Source of the DNA: Lama guanicoe
Lineage: Eukaryota
DNA length: 64,000 nucleotides
NCBI GenBank assembly: GCA_013239625.1
Contig: MU054187.1
Span: 21,269,280-21,333,279 of the forward strand
Reading direction: 5' to 3'
Made by a program: the position numbers and the translations under genes. This document shows, piece by piece, positions 50,624 through 63,213 of this stretch. Numbering within the stretch: the first letter of the stretch is position 1; every line of letters begins with the position of its first letter. The notes under the pieces are model-generated. The model was given only the letters and a program-made list of their open reading frames with translations, ran no database searches and was not told the DNA's origin.

Positions 50624-53299
50624 AAAGGTGGACATTTTCTTCACTCATTCCGATGGCAAAATCTGAGATACAGCCTTTGTGGCTGAATGTTACAGTCTCA
50701 GATTACATTCTCTATTTATCCCTAGATTTACCTGAGGTGGCAAGCTTCCTTGAGATGGAATAACAAGAGACCAGGTCCTGGAGAATCACTCACTTCTTCA
50801 GGCCTGGATAACTGCCTTTAACCAGACCTCAGGTGTTTCCAAGCTGGGGACAGTTATGGTTAAATTTTGAAAGGGCAGGAAGGATGAGCGGTTTCTATTT
50901 CGGCATGTCCAGAGTATGATGAATGTATGGGTTTAAAATGGACTGAGTGTTTGGTGCCATCCAGACGGCGTCTGCACAACAGCCACCTGAGAAGGCAGAA
51001 AGAAGCGAAGGGGTGTGTCCCTGGGAGTGGCTGCTGGAGGTGGGACGAGTGTTCGTGCTACCCTAACACTGAAGGGAACTGCGCAGAGCTCTGGGTAGGG
51101 AGTATGTTCCAGGGCAGTGTCTCTGAGGAAATCACAAACGTGCCTCACATAGAATGAAGGGAAAAGGAGATCATTGAACTGGATGTCAACATGAATTTTA
51201 GATTTATTTGGGACAGGAGTCATTGTTTTTGTCTTTGTTCTTCCCCCGTCCCTTGAGAGAGGACTTGTTCCAATCAATGGCGATGACTCTAAAGCCCTAA
51301 CATCTCATGGAGATGTACTACAGGGACCAGAAAAGGATTCCCCAAAGAGCATCTTCCACACGTGGACCTGAGAAAAAGAAAGCTTTTTTTCCTTAACTGT
51401 ATCCTCTTAGGTGCTGCCTGTCCAATATGCTAGTTGGCAGACATTATGTTTAATTTCCTGTAATTAATCTTTATGTTGCATTATCAAGTTATTATATTCA
51501 TTATTAAAATAATACAAATTGACTAACTTCAGATGAGTTAATTATGCCACAACCTGGGAAGTAGTATATATTTCATATACAGGTGCATGATTTATAGATA
51601 CTAGCTTATGAAATATTGATGAGTGTAATCCATTGTGAAAATATATATTTTAGAACATCAGATTATGTGAGAGGAAAAAACTTTTAAACAGCTAATAGTG
51701 TATTGTGTTATCCTAATTCGTAGCTAAAAGCCCAATTATTATATTAATCATCTTCAGCTGATCATATCTAGCAACGTCAGAGCAAGAGGATTAATGGTAA
51801 CTTAAATGAACTGTGTCACATTTTAGGAGATGAAAAATAAGAATGCCAAAAGCAGGGAAGAAGCCTGTGAATATGAAACTCAGACTCCCGGTTTTGTAAA
51901 ATTATTTTAAAAGTCATATATAAGATTTCTATATCATGTAGCTGTTGGCAGAGACATCAGTCATCATATTGTCTGTACATGGAGCATGATAAATTGATTG
52001 TGTTCTAATGAGAGGATCTAATTACTTAGAGAAATGGAGAGGACGTATGAAAGCTCTTTAGCCCCAATGGCCATACATTGTCATTAATAACATTGAACCC
52101 TGTGTGGTTTAACTCCTCTGTTCTGTACGTTTTGGAGCACACAGTCTTCCTAATTCATTTCTTTAGAGAGAGGTCAGATCATTAATTTATCATCCTCCTA
52201 GAAACAGCAAGGAGAAATAGAATTCTCCTTGGAATTCACATGGAATTCAAGCAGTAATGATCAGAAGTTTTACACTTCAAGCTTTTTGTTTGGTCCTTGC
52301 TAAAGTTCCACAGGTAACACACATTAAGCGTATAACTAATCTTTGGTTCAGAATATAATGGTTAAACTCATTCAGTAATTTCTGTAGCATATCTGATCAT
52401 AAAATTATGTTGTAACCTTGCTATAGATATAAAACAGAATCAAGATTCAAGAGTATTTCCACCGGCTGGTATTCAAGGTCGAAGTCAGGAAGATGAAATT
52501 TAACAGGAGAAATGCAAACTTGTGTGTGTGTGTGTGGGCACTCATGATCATTTGTGCAAATATAGCATATGGAGACATATGTTGACAAATGAACTGTTGA
52601 ATAAGAGCCCAGATAAGAGTGAGAACATCGCACACCAGTTGAAGGACACGCTGGTGGAAAGAGGCTTAGCACTGTAGGCAGGTGAAAGAATGGAATTTAT
52701 CTTTAGACAGTTTTTAATTCAAGGAAATAATGTTAGCAACCAGCACTATCCAATATGGAAATGACTGCTTTGCAAGGCGGTGAGCGCTTTCTCCCTGGTG
52801 TCCTTGGGTACTTCCAAGCAATGACTGTATAACCATGTCAGGAAAGCTGATTATATAAAAAGCATTTCTTGCAATCAAATCTGGAAGAAATGATTATGTC
52901 ACTCCTAAGGTCCCTTGTGATTTTAAGATCCCTGGATTGTAATTTTTTTCACTTCCATGACCCAGAAACTCTCTCATTGGCATTTGTAGTCTATCTTACT
53001 AATTATAGCTATTTATGTATGTGTCTAGTTTCTTGCTAGATTTTTTTTTTGTACAGTGAATTCCGGAAGACTATAAGTAACCCCGTTTTATTTATATTCT
53101 TACCTCCTGTAGGAGGTCTAAAAGCCCCGAACACAAAAGCACATCAAGAATATTAGGGTATGTTATAAAATTAATATGTCATAGTACTTTCTTGAACAAC
53201 ATATAAGAGAAATACTATGGTATTAAAATAATGTTTTCATGAGAGAGCTCTCAAGAACTCTGAAGAGTCTATGGCTTTGCCCAACTTGCATACTAACAG

Positions 53300-53780
53300 G
53301 TCAGCCCTACCTCAGGTTTATAGGTGCTGACTGAACACCTTTGCAAGATTCTTGGGTCAAAGACTGCCACAGTTTCATGAATGTTAACAAGAGACCCAAG
53401 ACCCACAAGGGTTAGAGACAAAGGACTGTGTTACTCACAATACAGGGACAAGCATTGACATTGGTGTCTGTGAGTCAATTCCCCTTGCGACCAGGCGTCA
53501 GGAGGGTAATGCATACGGACCAAGATGGCGCATGCATGTACATTACATGTTGCATTACAGGAGACAGACCTGACCTTGGAACCCCAAATCTTTAGTAATG
53601 GATAGTAACCATGTTTTTCCTTTGCTCTAGAGAGAGAAAATATATCTTCCTATGCTGTTTGCTATATGACTATATTTGAATGAAAAAAATAGTTCAAAGA
53701 AAAAAGTTTAGTTGATGCCTCTCAGAGGACATGCAAAAACACAAAAGACCCAATGAAAAATTGTCTCCCACTCATAAAAT
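53300..53780 (-). mobile_element. Probable old ERVL-class LTR (family not identified)
   Basis: LTR-like composition and motifs (AGAGACAAAGGACTGTGTTACTCACA, CAATTCCCCTTGC, GGAACCCCAAATCTTT); termini not resolved. Confidence 0.45.
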
Positions 53781-55224
53781 GCTTCTGCACTGTGAACAAA
53801 GAGGGAAGTATTTTGAGCCAGACTTCAATATAGCACTGCACGATAATTATGGGGGAAAAGGAAGAACATGGAACATGAAATTTATAAGTACAATGTGTTA
53901 GAAGTGACCTCAAGACTATGAGTTACCTACAGATAAATAATTTGCACAGTGTACGGATAGCAATGGCTGTCTATTGACTCTCATGATATTGGTGGCTTTT
54001 TTTTTTATTGTTAGAACATCTCTGATTCTATTTTCCCAATAGTTTATTTCTTCTTTGTTGTTCAGTTGTTACTTTTGTACCTTTGTTAGTCTGAACTTTA
54101 GCTCTTATATTACTGGCCACACGCACGAGCAGCTAACCAGTGCAGTAGAGGGGACGGTGATCCCCCGAAACTAACCAGGATGGGACACTTAAAAAAAGTA
54201 GCCTATGAAACACAAATTTCCAAAACGCCAGGTCCTCTGTAAACATTTCTGTAACCTGGTTGCTTTCCAGACCTCAGAAGCCAGCAATTTTATTTAAAGC
54301 CATAGGAAGATGATAATAGATATTATTAGGAAAATATACAGGAACAAGACCCTTTTTTTTATTCCCAGTGTTCACTCTATTCAGAAGCAACCAAGGTCTT
54401 CATTCTCTTTGTTTTCTTTTTTTTTTCCTCTGTAGATAGGCAAGGTTTGTAAATTATACAGTTCTGTCTATTTAGGATGCCTGGAATGTATGCTTTAGAT
54501 TTCTTTAAATTCTTTGGGACTTATTGCTATAAATAATTACTAATTTTAATTTCATGGAATCCCTTCTCATCATTAACATCAAATGCTATTTGTGAAGTAC
54601 CTGATTGAATGTGGGCCTTTGACCATTATTGAACAGTGATAATTAATGTCTACAAAATCAAGTGCATGATGCCAATGGGATACATCAGCCCACAATTGTA
54701 CCTGAAAGAGAGGGAATATCCAGTAACTTACAGTTGAACTGAGCAGACTGAACTGGACTGGGTTTCTGAGGACAAAGAATAAAAATGATAACTTTCATAT
54801 GTTTTAATAATTATGAAAAGAACTGAATATCATATTTTCTTTATTAAATTTGTCCTTTCTGCCTTCATCCCTTTCTGATTTACGTGCAAAGATAAGGATA
54901 CCATCCACTAACTGATTAGCATTATCTCATCTAACACGTAGTTTTTTCACCCTGCAGGCTGTTTGAGAATCAGAGACATGCTACTTGGGTTAGTGCGCTG
55001 CACTGGTCAACCCGAAATCTACATTAAGAGCGTCAACACTAGGCTTTTACACATCATCTTCTTACAGTCAATTTTTAAATGTATTTTTTTGGATCTTATT
55101 CTTTTACTTTAAAATAAGAATAATGACATGAATATTGTATTGATTTTGGAAGAAAAGGTGATGTCTCTACAGGTTAGAATGAAGTTCCAGAAACCCTTAT
55201 CCTTTCAGTGTGACAAAGTGGCTC

Positions 55225-55515
55225 TGAGCACAGGCCTTGGTGAAAAGACAGTTGGATGGAATCCTGACTCCACCCCAGCTCTTTGTGCTGCCTGCAACAA
55301 GTTTATAAATCTCTCCAACTTAATCCTCAATTTCCTCCTGTTTAGTGGTGAGGATACCTACCAGGTCAGGGTCATGCATATCAAATGAGATATATACAAA
55401 CCCCTATCCCGTGCACACGTTGAACTATGCAGTTCAGCTTCTCTGGGTCTCAATTTCTTTAAATCTAAAAATAAGATTAGGCTAGATGATATTTAAGGCA
55501 TTTCTAGCTCTAACT
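55225..55515 (+). mobile_element. Two MIR fragments
   Basis: GGAATCCTGACTCCACC...AAGTTTATAAATCTCTC...CCTCAATTTCCTCCTG, and CTTCTCTGGGTCTCAATTTCTTTAAATCTAAAAAT...CTAGATGATATTTAAGG. Confidence 0.6.
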
Positions 55516-56149
55516 TTATATACAAACTCATGCACTGTGTTGGATTTTTACCGGGGGTTCCTCATTTGCTATTGCCCATGGTTTGATTCTGCTTACATTT
55601 GGTATCTTTCTAGGGCACTTTTTTTTTTAATGCACTGACTATGTAGGATCTAGGGACTAGAGTAGAAATGTATCATCATGAATGTATTCTGCATCATCAT
55701 GACGGGCATCTAATATCCAGACATAGCATGTGAGGATTTTTATCTGTAGTCTTGCTGCTCTCCTGCCTCTAGTTCACCTTTGGCAACTAAATCATTGATG
55801 AGGACCAGAGAGAGAGAGAGACAGAAGAGAGGGAAGGAGGGAGGGAGAGAGAAAGACTGAGCATCTCACGGACTCCACAGCCTGGATACCACCGAGATGA
55901 TGACTATAAAGAACGAAGAGTGGTGTACGACAGAATCCATGGGTATCCCACAGAAGGGATTCAGACACTGTTTTCACTGAGAACAGTTCTTGACATACAA
56001 AATGTGTAAAAGCCAATTAACTAAATGTTATCAGACAGTAAACTCAGTTGTGTCTTAAAGTCTAGATATTGTTTCATACTACATTAGCGTTAAATACTTC
56101 AAGTAGTTTACAAGGTCTTTTCCAGCATTAAGAACAGCAGTAAGTGGTG

Positions 56150-56242
56150 GGGCGGGCGGTGTGGACGCTTAGTATGCACAAGGTCCTGGGTTCAATTCCC
56201 ACTACCTCCATTTGAAAAAGATGAAGGAAAAAAGAAAAAGAA
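56150..56242 (+). mobile_element. tRNA-derived SINE (Vic-1-like) with a disrupted A-box region
   Basis: GCTTAGTATGCACAAGGTCCTGGGTTCAATTCCCACTACCTCC aligns with the SINE at 40899; TSD CAGTAAGTGGTG at 56138-56149 and 56243-56254. Confidence 0.85.
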
Positions 56243-57728
56243 CAGTAAGTGGTGTCTCTAAGATCTTTAATGACAAAATTACCAGAGAGGTACTTTAGAA
56301 TGTGTTTGGGAGGGAGACGCTTCAGGAATCACCTGTTTTCATTAAAAATTTAGCCATGTTCTTTGAAGTTGTCACTGAAGGTGTTTCCTTCTTTAGAGGG
56401 GAGAATCATACACAGGCATGTGAATAGTTAATCGGAGAACTTGTAGCCACTATGCAAAAATCCAGATGAGTTTTCTCTTGCACACGAACGTAGTCCCAAA
56501 TTTGGGGCTTGTATTAGAGCACCATCGATTTATCCAACATATCCCTCTGATTTCCCTGGATTATAAGTTATTGGAGTACGATGTCTTGGTCACTGATGTA
56601 ACATTAGAACACACAAAACCCCATCATCCGTATTTGCTGAAACAATATGAACACTTGATTTTCTCTTTTAATCTAAAAATTTCAAAAATCGTTCTAATAT
56701 CTCTTAAATGAATATCTTGGTGTCTCTTAAAATATTTCTATAAATAATATATATTTGTGCTCATAGAAATGCTGGTTTGACTTTTCCAAGCAATCTTCGG
56801 TGGTCTTCCAAGTTGGAACGCGTGGGGTTCAGTTGAACAGCATCGGGGTTTTCTCCTTGGCTACAGCCAGAATACCCTGAGGGTATCTTCTGTCTCAGCA
56901 GTTCAGTATTGTATGAGAAGTACGCTAACCCAGCTCTCTACTTCTATGACATGGGGAAGGCACTTCCTCCTTAGACTGTCCCTTCCTCCTGAAACCCCCA
57001 AGACACATTTAGTTGAAATGTCCTCTCTAGGCTAGCAAAATTTTGTAAACACTGTGGTTAGACCAGCCATCATTCTGCATTATAGTGTGTTATCTTTGTC
57101 TCTGTCTTCTTTGTGAAACTGTGAATTACCTCATTCAACCAACAACCAGCATCTCTTGTTTATGTCATCTTGAGTCTCGTACATTGAGCATATGTTTTGG
57201 AGTACAAGGCACGGACAGACCACAAGCTCTCTCATGCATCCAGCCCAAATGAGAATGAACAGAACAGAATACTTTAAAATAATGACCTCCAAGATATCAT
57301 TTCCAAAGAACCAGCTCCTCTATTAACATTCTCTATATTATTCTCAAGGAAAAAAATACTTTTTGCCCTTCTCAGAATTGGCTGATCATTACCACCATGA
57401 GGTGGTCAATATATCTGCATCTAAAAATACCTTTCCTTTACCCTGATACGTAAGTAAAACTTTATCTCTGCTTCTTAGGTGATTTTTATACTAAGCACAG
57501 AGAAAGCACACACTGAGCAAACATTTGTTATTTTGTTACCTTCAAAGTGTTGACATAAATTGCAATTATACAACAAAAAGACTTTTTCCTATGGTATATT
57601 TAGTGCCATACTTCAAAAAACTGTGATCCTATAAATTTCAGGGTCCCTGAGGTGAACAGAGCCCCTTGAAGGAAAGCTGAGGTCACAGTGGATTTACTTT
57701 CTATGTCCAATGTCTCACCTTTGGGCAT

Positions 57729-58204
57729 TATATCCCTTTCCCAGGGCTGTTGTAACAAAGTGCCAAACTGGGTGGCTTAAAACAAAGGAAATGTATTTTC
57801 TCACAGTTCTGGAGGTTAGAAGTTTGAAATCACACTTTCAACAGGGTTGGTTCCTTCTGAGCTTCTGGTGACGACCAGCAATCCTTGCCCTTCCTCGGCT
57901 TGTAGATGCATTCTCCAACCTCTGTCTCGTTATCAGTGGCATTCTTTTTGTGTGACTCTGCCTCTTCTTCTTTTAATGTCATTAGTCATATTGGATTAAG
58001 TCTCACCCTAATGACCTCATTTTAAACTGATGGCATCTGCAGGGACACTATTTACAAATGCAGTCACATTCTCGGGTACCCGAGGTTAGGACGTCAACGT
58101 ACCTGTTCATATCAAACACGTGTTAATTATATCAAACACACACTATTAATTCAAAGCATATTGTATTCAGTTCAAAACATACCTATTCAATTCAGCCTCT
58201 GACA
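57729..58204 (-). mobile_element. MLT1 (MaLR) solo LTR, MLT1B-like
   Basis: AGGGCTGTTGTAACAAAGTGCCAAACTGGGTGGCTTAAAACAA...CTCACAGTTCTGGAGG...CACCCTAATGACCTCATTTTAA; 5-bp TSD GGCAT (57724-57728 and 58205-58209). Confidence 0.9.
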
Positions 58205-59064
58205 GGCATTTGAAAGTCGAGTCAGGGTTTGTAATTCCAGCATCAGAAAAACAAAGACAGACATTGTTTGAAATTCATAGTTCACCTATACTAACAGGCG
58301 CTATTGGGTGTTTTGGGGTCTTATGGCTGTGAGCATTGGTATATTCGTTTTATGTTAGAAAAACAATTGGGCATAGCATACATTATAAATCCAAAAATAC
58401 TGCCTTAAATGAATTAATAGGTTTTAATAGGAAGAGCATTGAACTTGCAATCTAGACACTTGATTTTGCAGAACAAGAGACTGTGGACAATGTGAATATT
58501 GAAACCTTCACCCCTTCTATATATTTTCAAAGTTTAATTTGTGAAGAATGAAATCCAGGAAGATGCTTATAATACATATCAACATATTGATTTTTCTCAA
58601 CAAGTACAATTTTGAAATTGCCTAAAAATGAGAAAATCTCCACTTGAACCAAGGGGTCCCCTAGATCAACCTCTGGGACTTTTCTGCAAGACAAGGGCCC
58701 ATTGCTAAAATCCAAGGGGAGAATGATTTCTGCTCATTAGATTTGGGGATTTTCACTTTAATTCTCATTAAAGGTCTTTCTGTGTTAATACCAGAGCTTC
58801 ATCATACACACTTCAGACAGCACAGACTGTGAAATTGCAGCATCTCCATGTAAAAATCTGCTGTTAGCACCTTCTGAATTCATACAATAGAGGCAGACAT
58901 ATTACATTATGTAGCAACAAAGGTGATTGTTGTGATGGAAAATGTGGAAATGGGGCAGATAGGTATCTGTGACACAGAGCCAGATTTCAAGGGAACAGGA
59001 AAAGATACATCTCTATGATTTATGGACTCTGAAAAGTTAGTAGTGAATCAATAGAATCCATCTT

Positions 59065-60725
59065 TTTTGATACCAGCTTTTTAAGACATAATCCACATAT
59101 CACATAATCCACCAATTTATGTATTCATTCATTCATTTATTCATTCATTCATTTATTTTGGTGGCAGATTGTGATTTTTTAAATTTTTTCTATATGTCTG
59201 TTTTTATTAAAGTATGGTCAGTTTACAATGTTGTGCCAATTTCTGGTGTACAGCAAAATGCTTCAGTCGTATATGAACATACATACATTTGTTTTCATAT
59301 TCCTTTTCATTTAAGTTGCTACAAGATATTGAATTTAGTTCCCTGTGCAATACAGCATAAACTTGTTGCTTATCCATCTTATATATATATTAGTTAGTGT
59401 CTGCAAATCTCGAACTCCTAATTTATCCCTTCCCATCCCCTTCGCCCCCTGGTAACCATAAGTTTGTTTTCTATGTCTGTGAGTCTGTTTCTGTTTTGTA
59501 AATAAGTTTTTTTGTCTTTTTTTTTTTTTTTAGATTCCACATATGAGTGATAGAAAGTGGAATTTTTCTTTCTTTTTCTGACTTACTTCACTCAGAATGA
59601 CGATCTTCAGGTCCAGCCATGTTGTTCCAAATGGCATTATTTTGTTCTTTTTTATGGCTGAGTAGTATTCCGTTGTATAAACGTACCACGACTTCTTTAT
59701 CTAGTCATCAGTTGATGGACCTTTAGGTTGTTACCATGTCAGGATGTACAGCTGTTACCATCATCAATTTTAGAACATTCTCATCACCCAAAAAAGAGAC
59801 TTCATGACCTTTAGCAGCACCCCTCCTCAATCTGCATCCACCCCCAATTCTAGCCAACAACATGTCTACTTTCTGTCTTTAGATATTTACCTGTTCTGGA
59901 CATTCCATATAAATGAAATCATACAAAATGTGATCTTTTGTGGTTGGCTTCTTTTTATTAGCATAATATTTTCAAGGTTCATTGATGATGTAGCATGTGG
60001 ACATACCACATTTTATTTATTGATTTATTAGTTGTTGTGAATTTGCGTTTTTCTACTTTTTAGCTATTATGAATAATGTCACTATGAACATTTGTGTATG
60101 TGTTTTTGTGCACACATTTGTTTTCTCTTGGGTATACACTTAAGAATGGAATTGCTGAGTCATAACTTTGTGTTTAACCTTTGGAGGAACTGTAAGACTG
60201 TCTTCCAAAGTGTCACCATTTTGCATTGCCACCAGCAATGTATAAGTGTTCCAATTTCTCCGCTTCCTTGCCAGCACTATTGTCTGCCTGTGATTATAGC
60301 CATCCTAGTGGATGTGAAGTGGTATCTCATTATTTTAATTTCATTTCCCAGTGGCTAGCTAATAATATTGAACATCTTTTAATGAACTTATTGGCCATTT
60401 GTATATCTTCTTTGGAGAAATGCTTACTTTTATTAGCTGTATGATTTACAGAAAACTTTCCCCACTCTATGGGTTGATTTTTCACTTTCTGGACCATGTT
60501 CTTCAAAGCACAGTCTTTTAATTTTGATGAAGTCCAGTTTTTCTATTTTTTCTTTAGTCACTTGTACTTGAGTGTCATATCTAAGAACATATCATCTAAT
60601 CCAATATCATAAAGATTTACATCTATATTTTTTTTGAAAGTTTTATAGTTTTAGCTCTTACATTTAGGCTTTTGATCCATTTGAATTATCTTTGTATATG
60701 GTGTGAGATAGGGGTTCAAATTAAT
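59065..60725 (-). mobile_element. L1MA/MB-like element (antisense) with a younger L1 3' end nested at ~59120-59740
   Basis: Old L1 terminus at 59065-59118 resumes at ~59745 (CAATTTTAGAACATTCTCATCACCC...) and continues into ORF2-antisense sequence. The nested piece is the reverse complement of the 21045-21750 type. Confidence 0.85.
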
Positions 60726-61359
60726 TTTTTCTCCTTCTATTGTTCTTCCTTCACTTACAACCTAATTCAGACTCTCCCCTGTATATCTGATCTTTTATAC
60801 CTCCTAAATTCTGCTAACTCATAACTTCTGATGACATAGTTTCTACAACTCAAGCTTTCAGCTGTTTCACATTGTGTGTGTTCTATCTTAAAGACTCTTG
60901 GCTTCTGTTCTATCAACTGATAAATGTTCTCCACATATCTCCAATCTCCAGTTGAGAGTCCTGAAAAAACAAAATCTGGCTGACACTAAACACCATTATC
61001 TTTACTGGAACAGAGCTTTTGAAAAGATCCCTGGCAGATTATCAATTTGCTTTAATCCAGTAAAGGCACACACTTTTTAGCATTTACCTTCAAATAGGGA
61101 ATCATATGAAACAGAATGTGGGCACTTTGTATATTAAATAATATGTAGCCATGTGCCTTTTAACAGAACAGAAGTCATGGACATGTTAGAAGGTGAGCTT
61201 TTTGGTTTTATGTAAACCATTGTGAACCTGGAGGTACACAGACCATGTATGATTTCATAGATTGTATTTCTCTCTCCAACCTGATTCATTTAAAGCAGAG
61301 GCCAGAATTGTTTATGTATTTTTTACCTTAGGCTTAAGGGAACACTGCATACTTCTTGG

Positions 61360-61770
61360 ATTTCAGATGTAACTTTTCCTTTGCAAAGTGAACATCTTCC
61401 TTCATAGCTGCCTAAGTTCAGGTCTAATCTCTCTATCTTTTCCTAGATTGGACACACTCTTAGATGCACCAGTCTTTCTTAGAACCTTCTCGTCTCTTCA
61501 TTTACATTTGTCTGCCATGTGACTATACCCCATGGCCCACTATTCTTTTCCCCACTGTCTCATTCATGGCTGCATTTGTACCCATTTTAATGCCCCTTAT
61601 AGCTCTTTCTACATCAATTCGCACCATGTTTTCTGACAGATCTCTGCATTTTCTACTTAGCTTCCTTTCCATCCATATCTCCAGCCCAGTCTTCATTCAG
61701 TCCATGTATCTGGCTTCTAATTTCCCAGCCCACTTTCAGTATCATCTACCAATCAACTTCTTTTAATAGA
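61360..61770 (+). mobile_element. Probable L2 fragment
   Basis: Pyrimidine-rich sequence with L2-like motifs (CAGATCTCTGCATTTTCTACTTAGC). Confidence 0.4.
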
Positions 61771-62695
61771 AAATAAATTTTATTGTTACAGCACAAATCA
61801 TTATTTCTCCTGTCTCCACAATCATTACTTCAATTAAAACTAAATGTGCTTTTGGCTAACTCCGGAGAGGAGACATTTTCAGGTTGACAGTCCTGAGATT
61901 TTTTTTTTAACCTAAATGATTCCAACCTATTGATTCTAGATCCAGATCTTCAAATAAAACTGATTCATTTCATTAAATGGAATATTTAAACCAGAGAAGT
62001 CTATCAAGTTGGGGTTTCAGCCTGAATGAACCACCTCCATTTAGAAAATTGATCTTCCAGTCACACTTTTATTAACCTTGAGTTTTTAGAGCATGGTTGC
62101 TTTTAAAGAGGAAGAGAAAGAGCAAGCAGAAAGTCATCTCCAGTAACATTTAATGTCACTGGCAGGTTAGAGTCAGTGAAAGGAAATGATCATTAGCGCT
62201 AACTAACTTTGTTTATAATCACCCCCCACTCACACACACAAGCGCAATGAATAATGCACATATTTAAATATGCAAGCCATATAACATTTGGAGCAGTAAG
62301 TAGGAAGTACTATCCAATAGCTGCTAGGAAACAATGCACCCTGGCCAGAAAAAGAAGAAAAAAAAATCTCTAGTAAAAATATAATTCCCCAATAATGACT
62401 TTTATGCCCCAAATTATGATAATAGTTAATAAATGACTGAACCGTATTATGACAGTTGAAATGTCCTTGAACAAGCAATTACATGTCTTACCTCTTGACT
62501 CATTAAGAGAAAGGCATTGTGGGGATGTGATTTACCTGGATCTACAGAGTTTGGTGCTCAGGATTAACTGGACACAAGGTGACTATCTCAATCTAAACAG
62601 CTCACAAAGTGCGAGAATACTTACCAGAAAACTAACTGATTGATTTATAAGGAGACCATTTGGATCCAAGAAAATGGGGTACGAGAGGATGGCTG

Positions 62696-63213
62696 TGTCC
62701 TGTCTCGGGTGAGCCCCTGGGATGTGCCCCGTGAAGTGAGGGTCCTTGGCTTCATGCAGGAAAGAATTCAAGAGCAAGACACAGTTGAGTAGAAGATTTA
62801 CTCAGAGAGATCCACACTCCATAGACCCAGGGCGGGCCATCTCAAAAGGCAAGAGAAAGGCCACGAGGGGAGGGTTATTGGGTTTTATGGTCTCGGTACC
62901 TTCATAGCTAACAAGTGGGAGGATTATTCCAACTATTTTATGGAAGGGGCTGGGATTCCCAGGAATTGGGCCACTGGCCACTTTTCGACCTTTTACGGCC
63001 AGCCTCGGAACTGTCATGGCGCCTGTGGAAGTGCCATTTACATGCTAATATGTTACAATGAGCGTATAATGAAGCTCAAGGTCTCCTGGAAGCCAAATCT
63101 CCCGCCATCTTGGGCCGCAAGGTCTCCTGGAAGTTGGATCTTCCACTGTCTTGGTATTAGTTCCTGTGTCATTCTTTTAATGGTTGTGCCCCATCCCCTT
63201 CCCTCCCATCTCA
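62696..63213 (-). mobile_element. MER41-like ERV1 solo LTR, antisense
   Basis: GGTGAGCCCC...GGGTCCTTGGCTTCATGCAGGAAAGAATTCAAGAGCAAG, ACATGCTAATATGTTACAATGAGCGTATAATGA and CGCCATCTTGG are MER41-type motifs; ends ...CATCTCA. The left boundary and TSD are uncertain. Confidence 0.78.
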
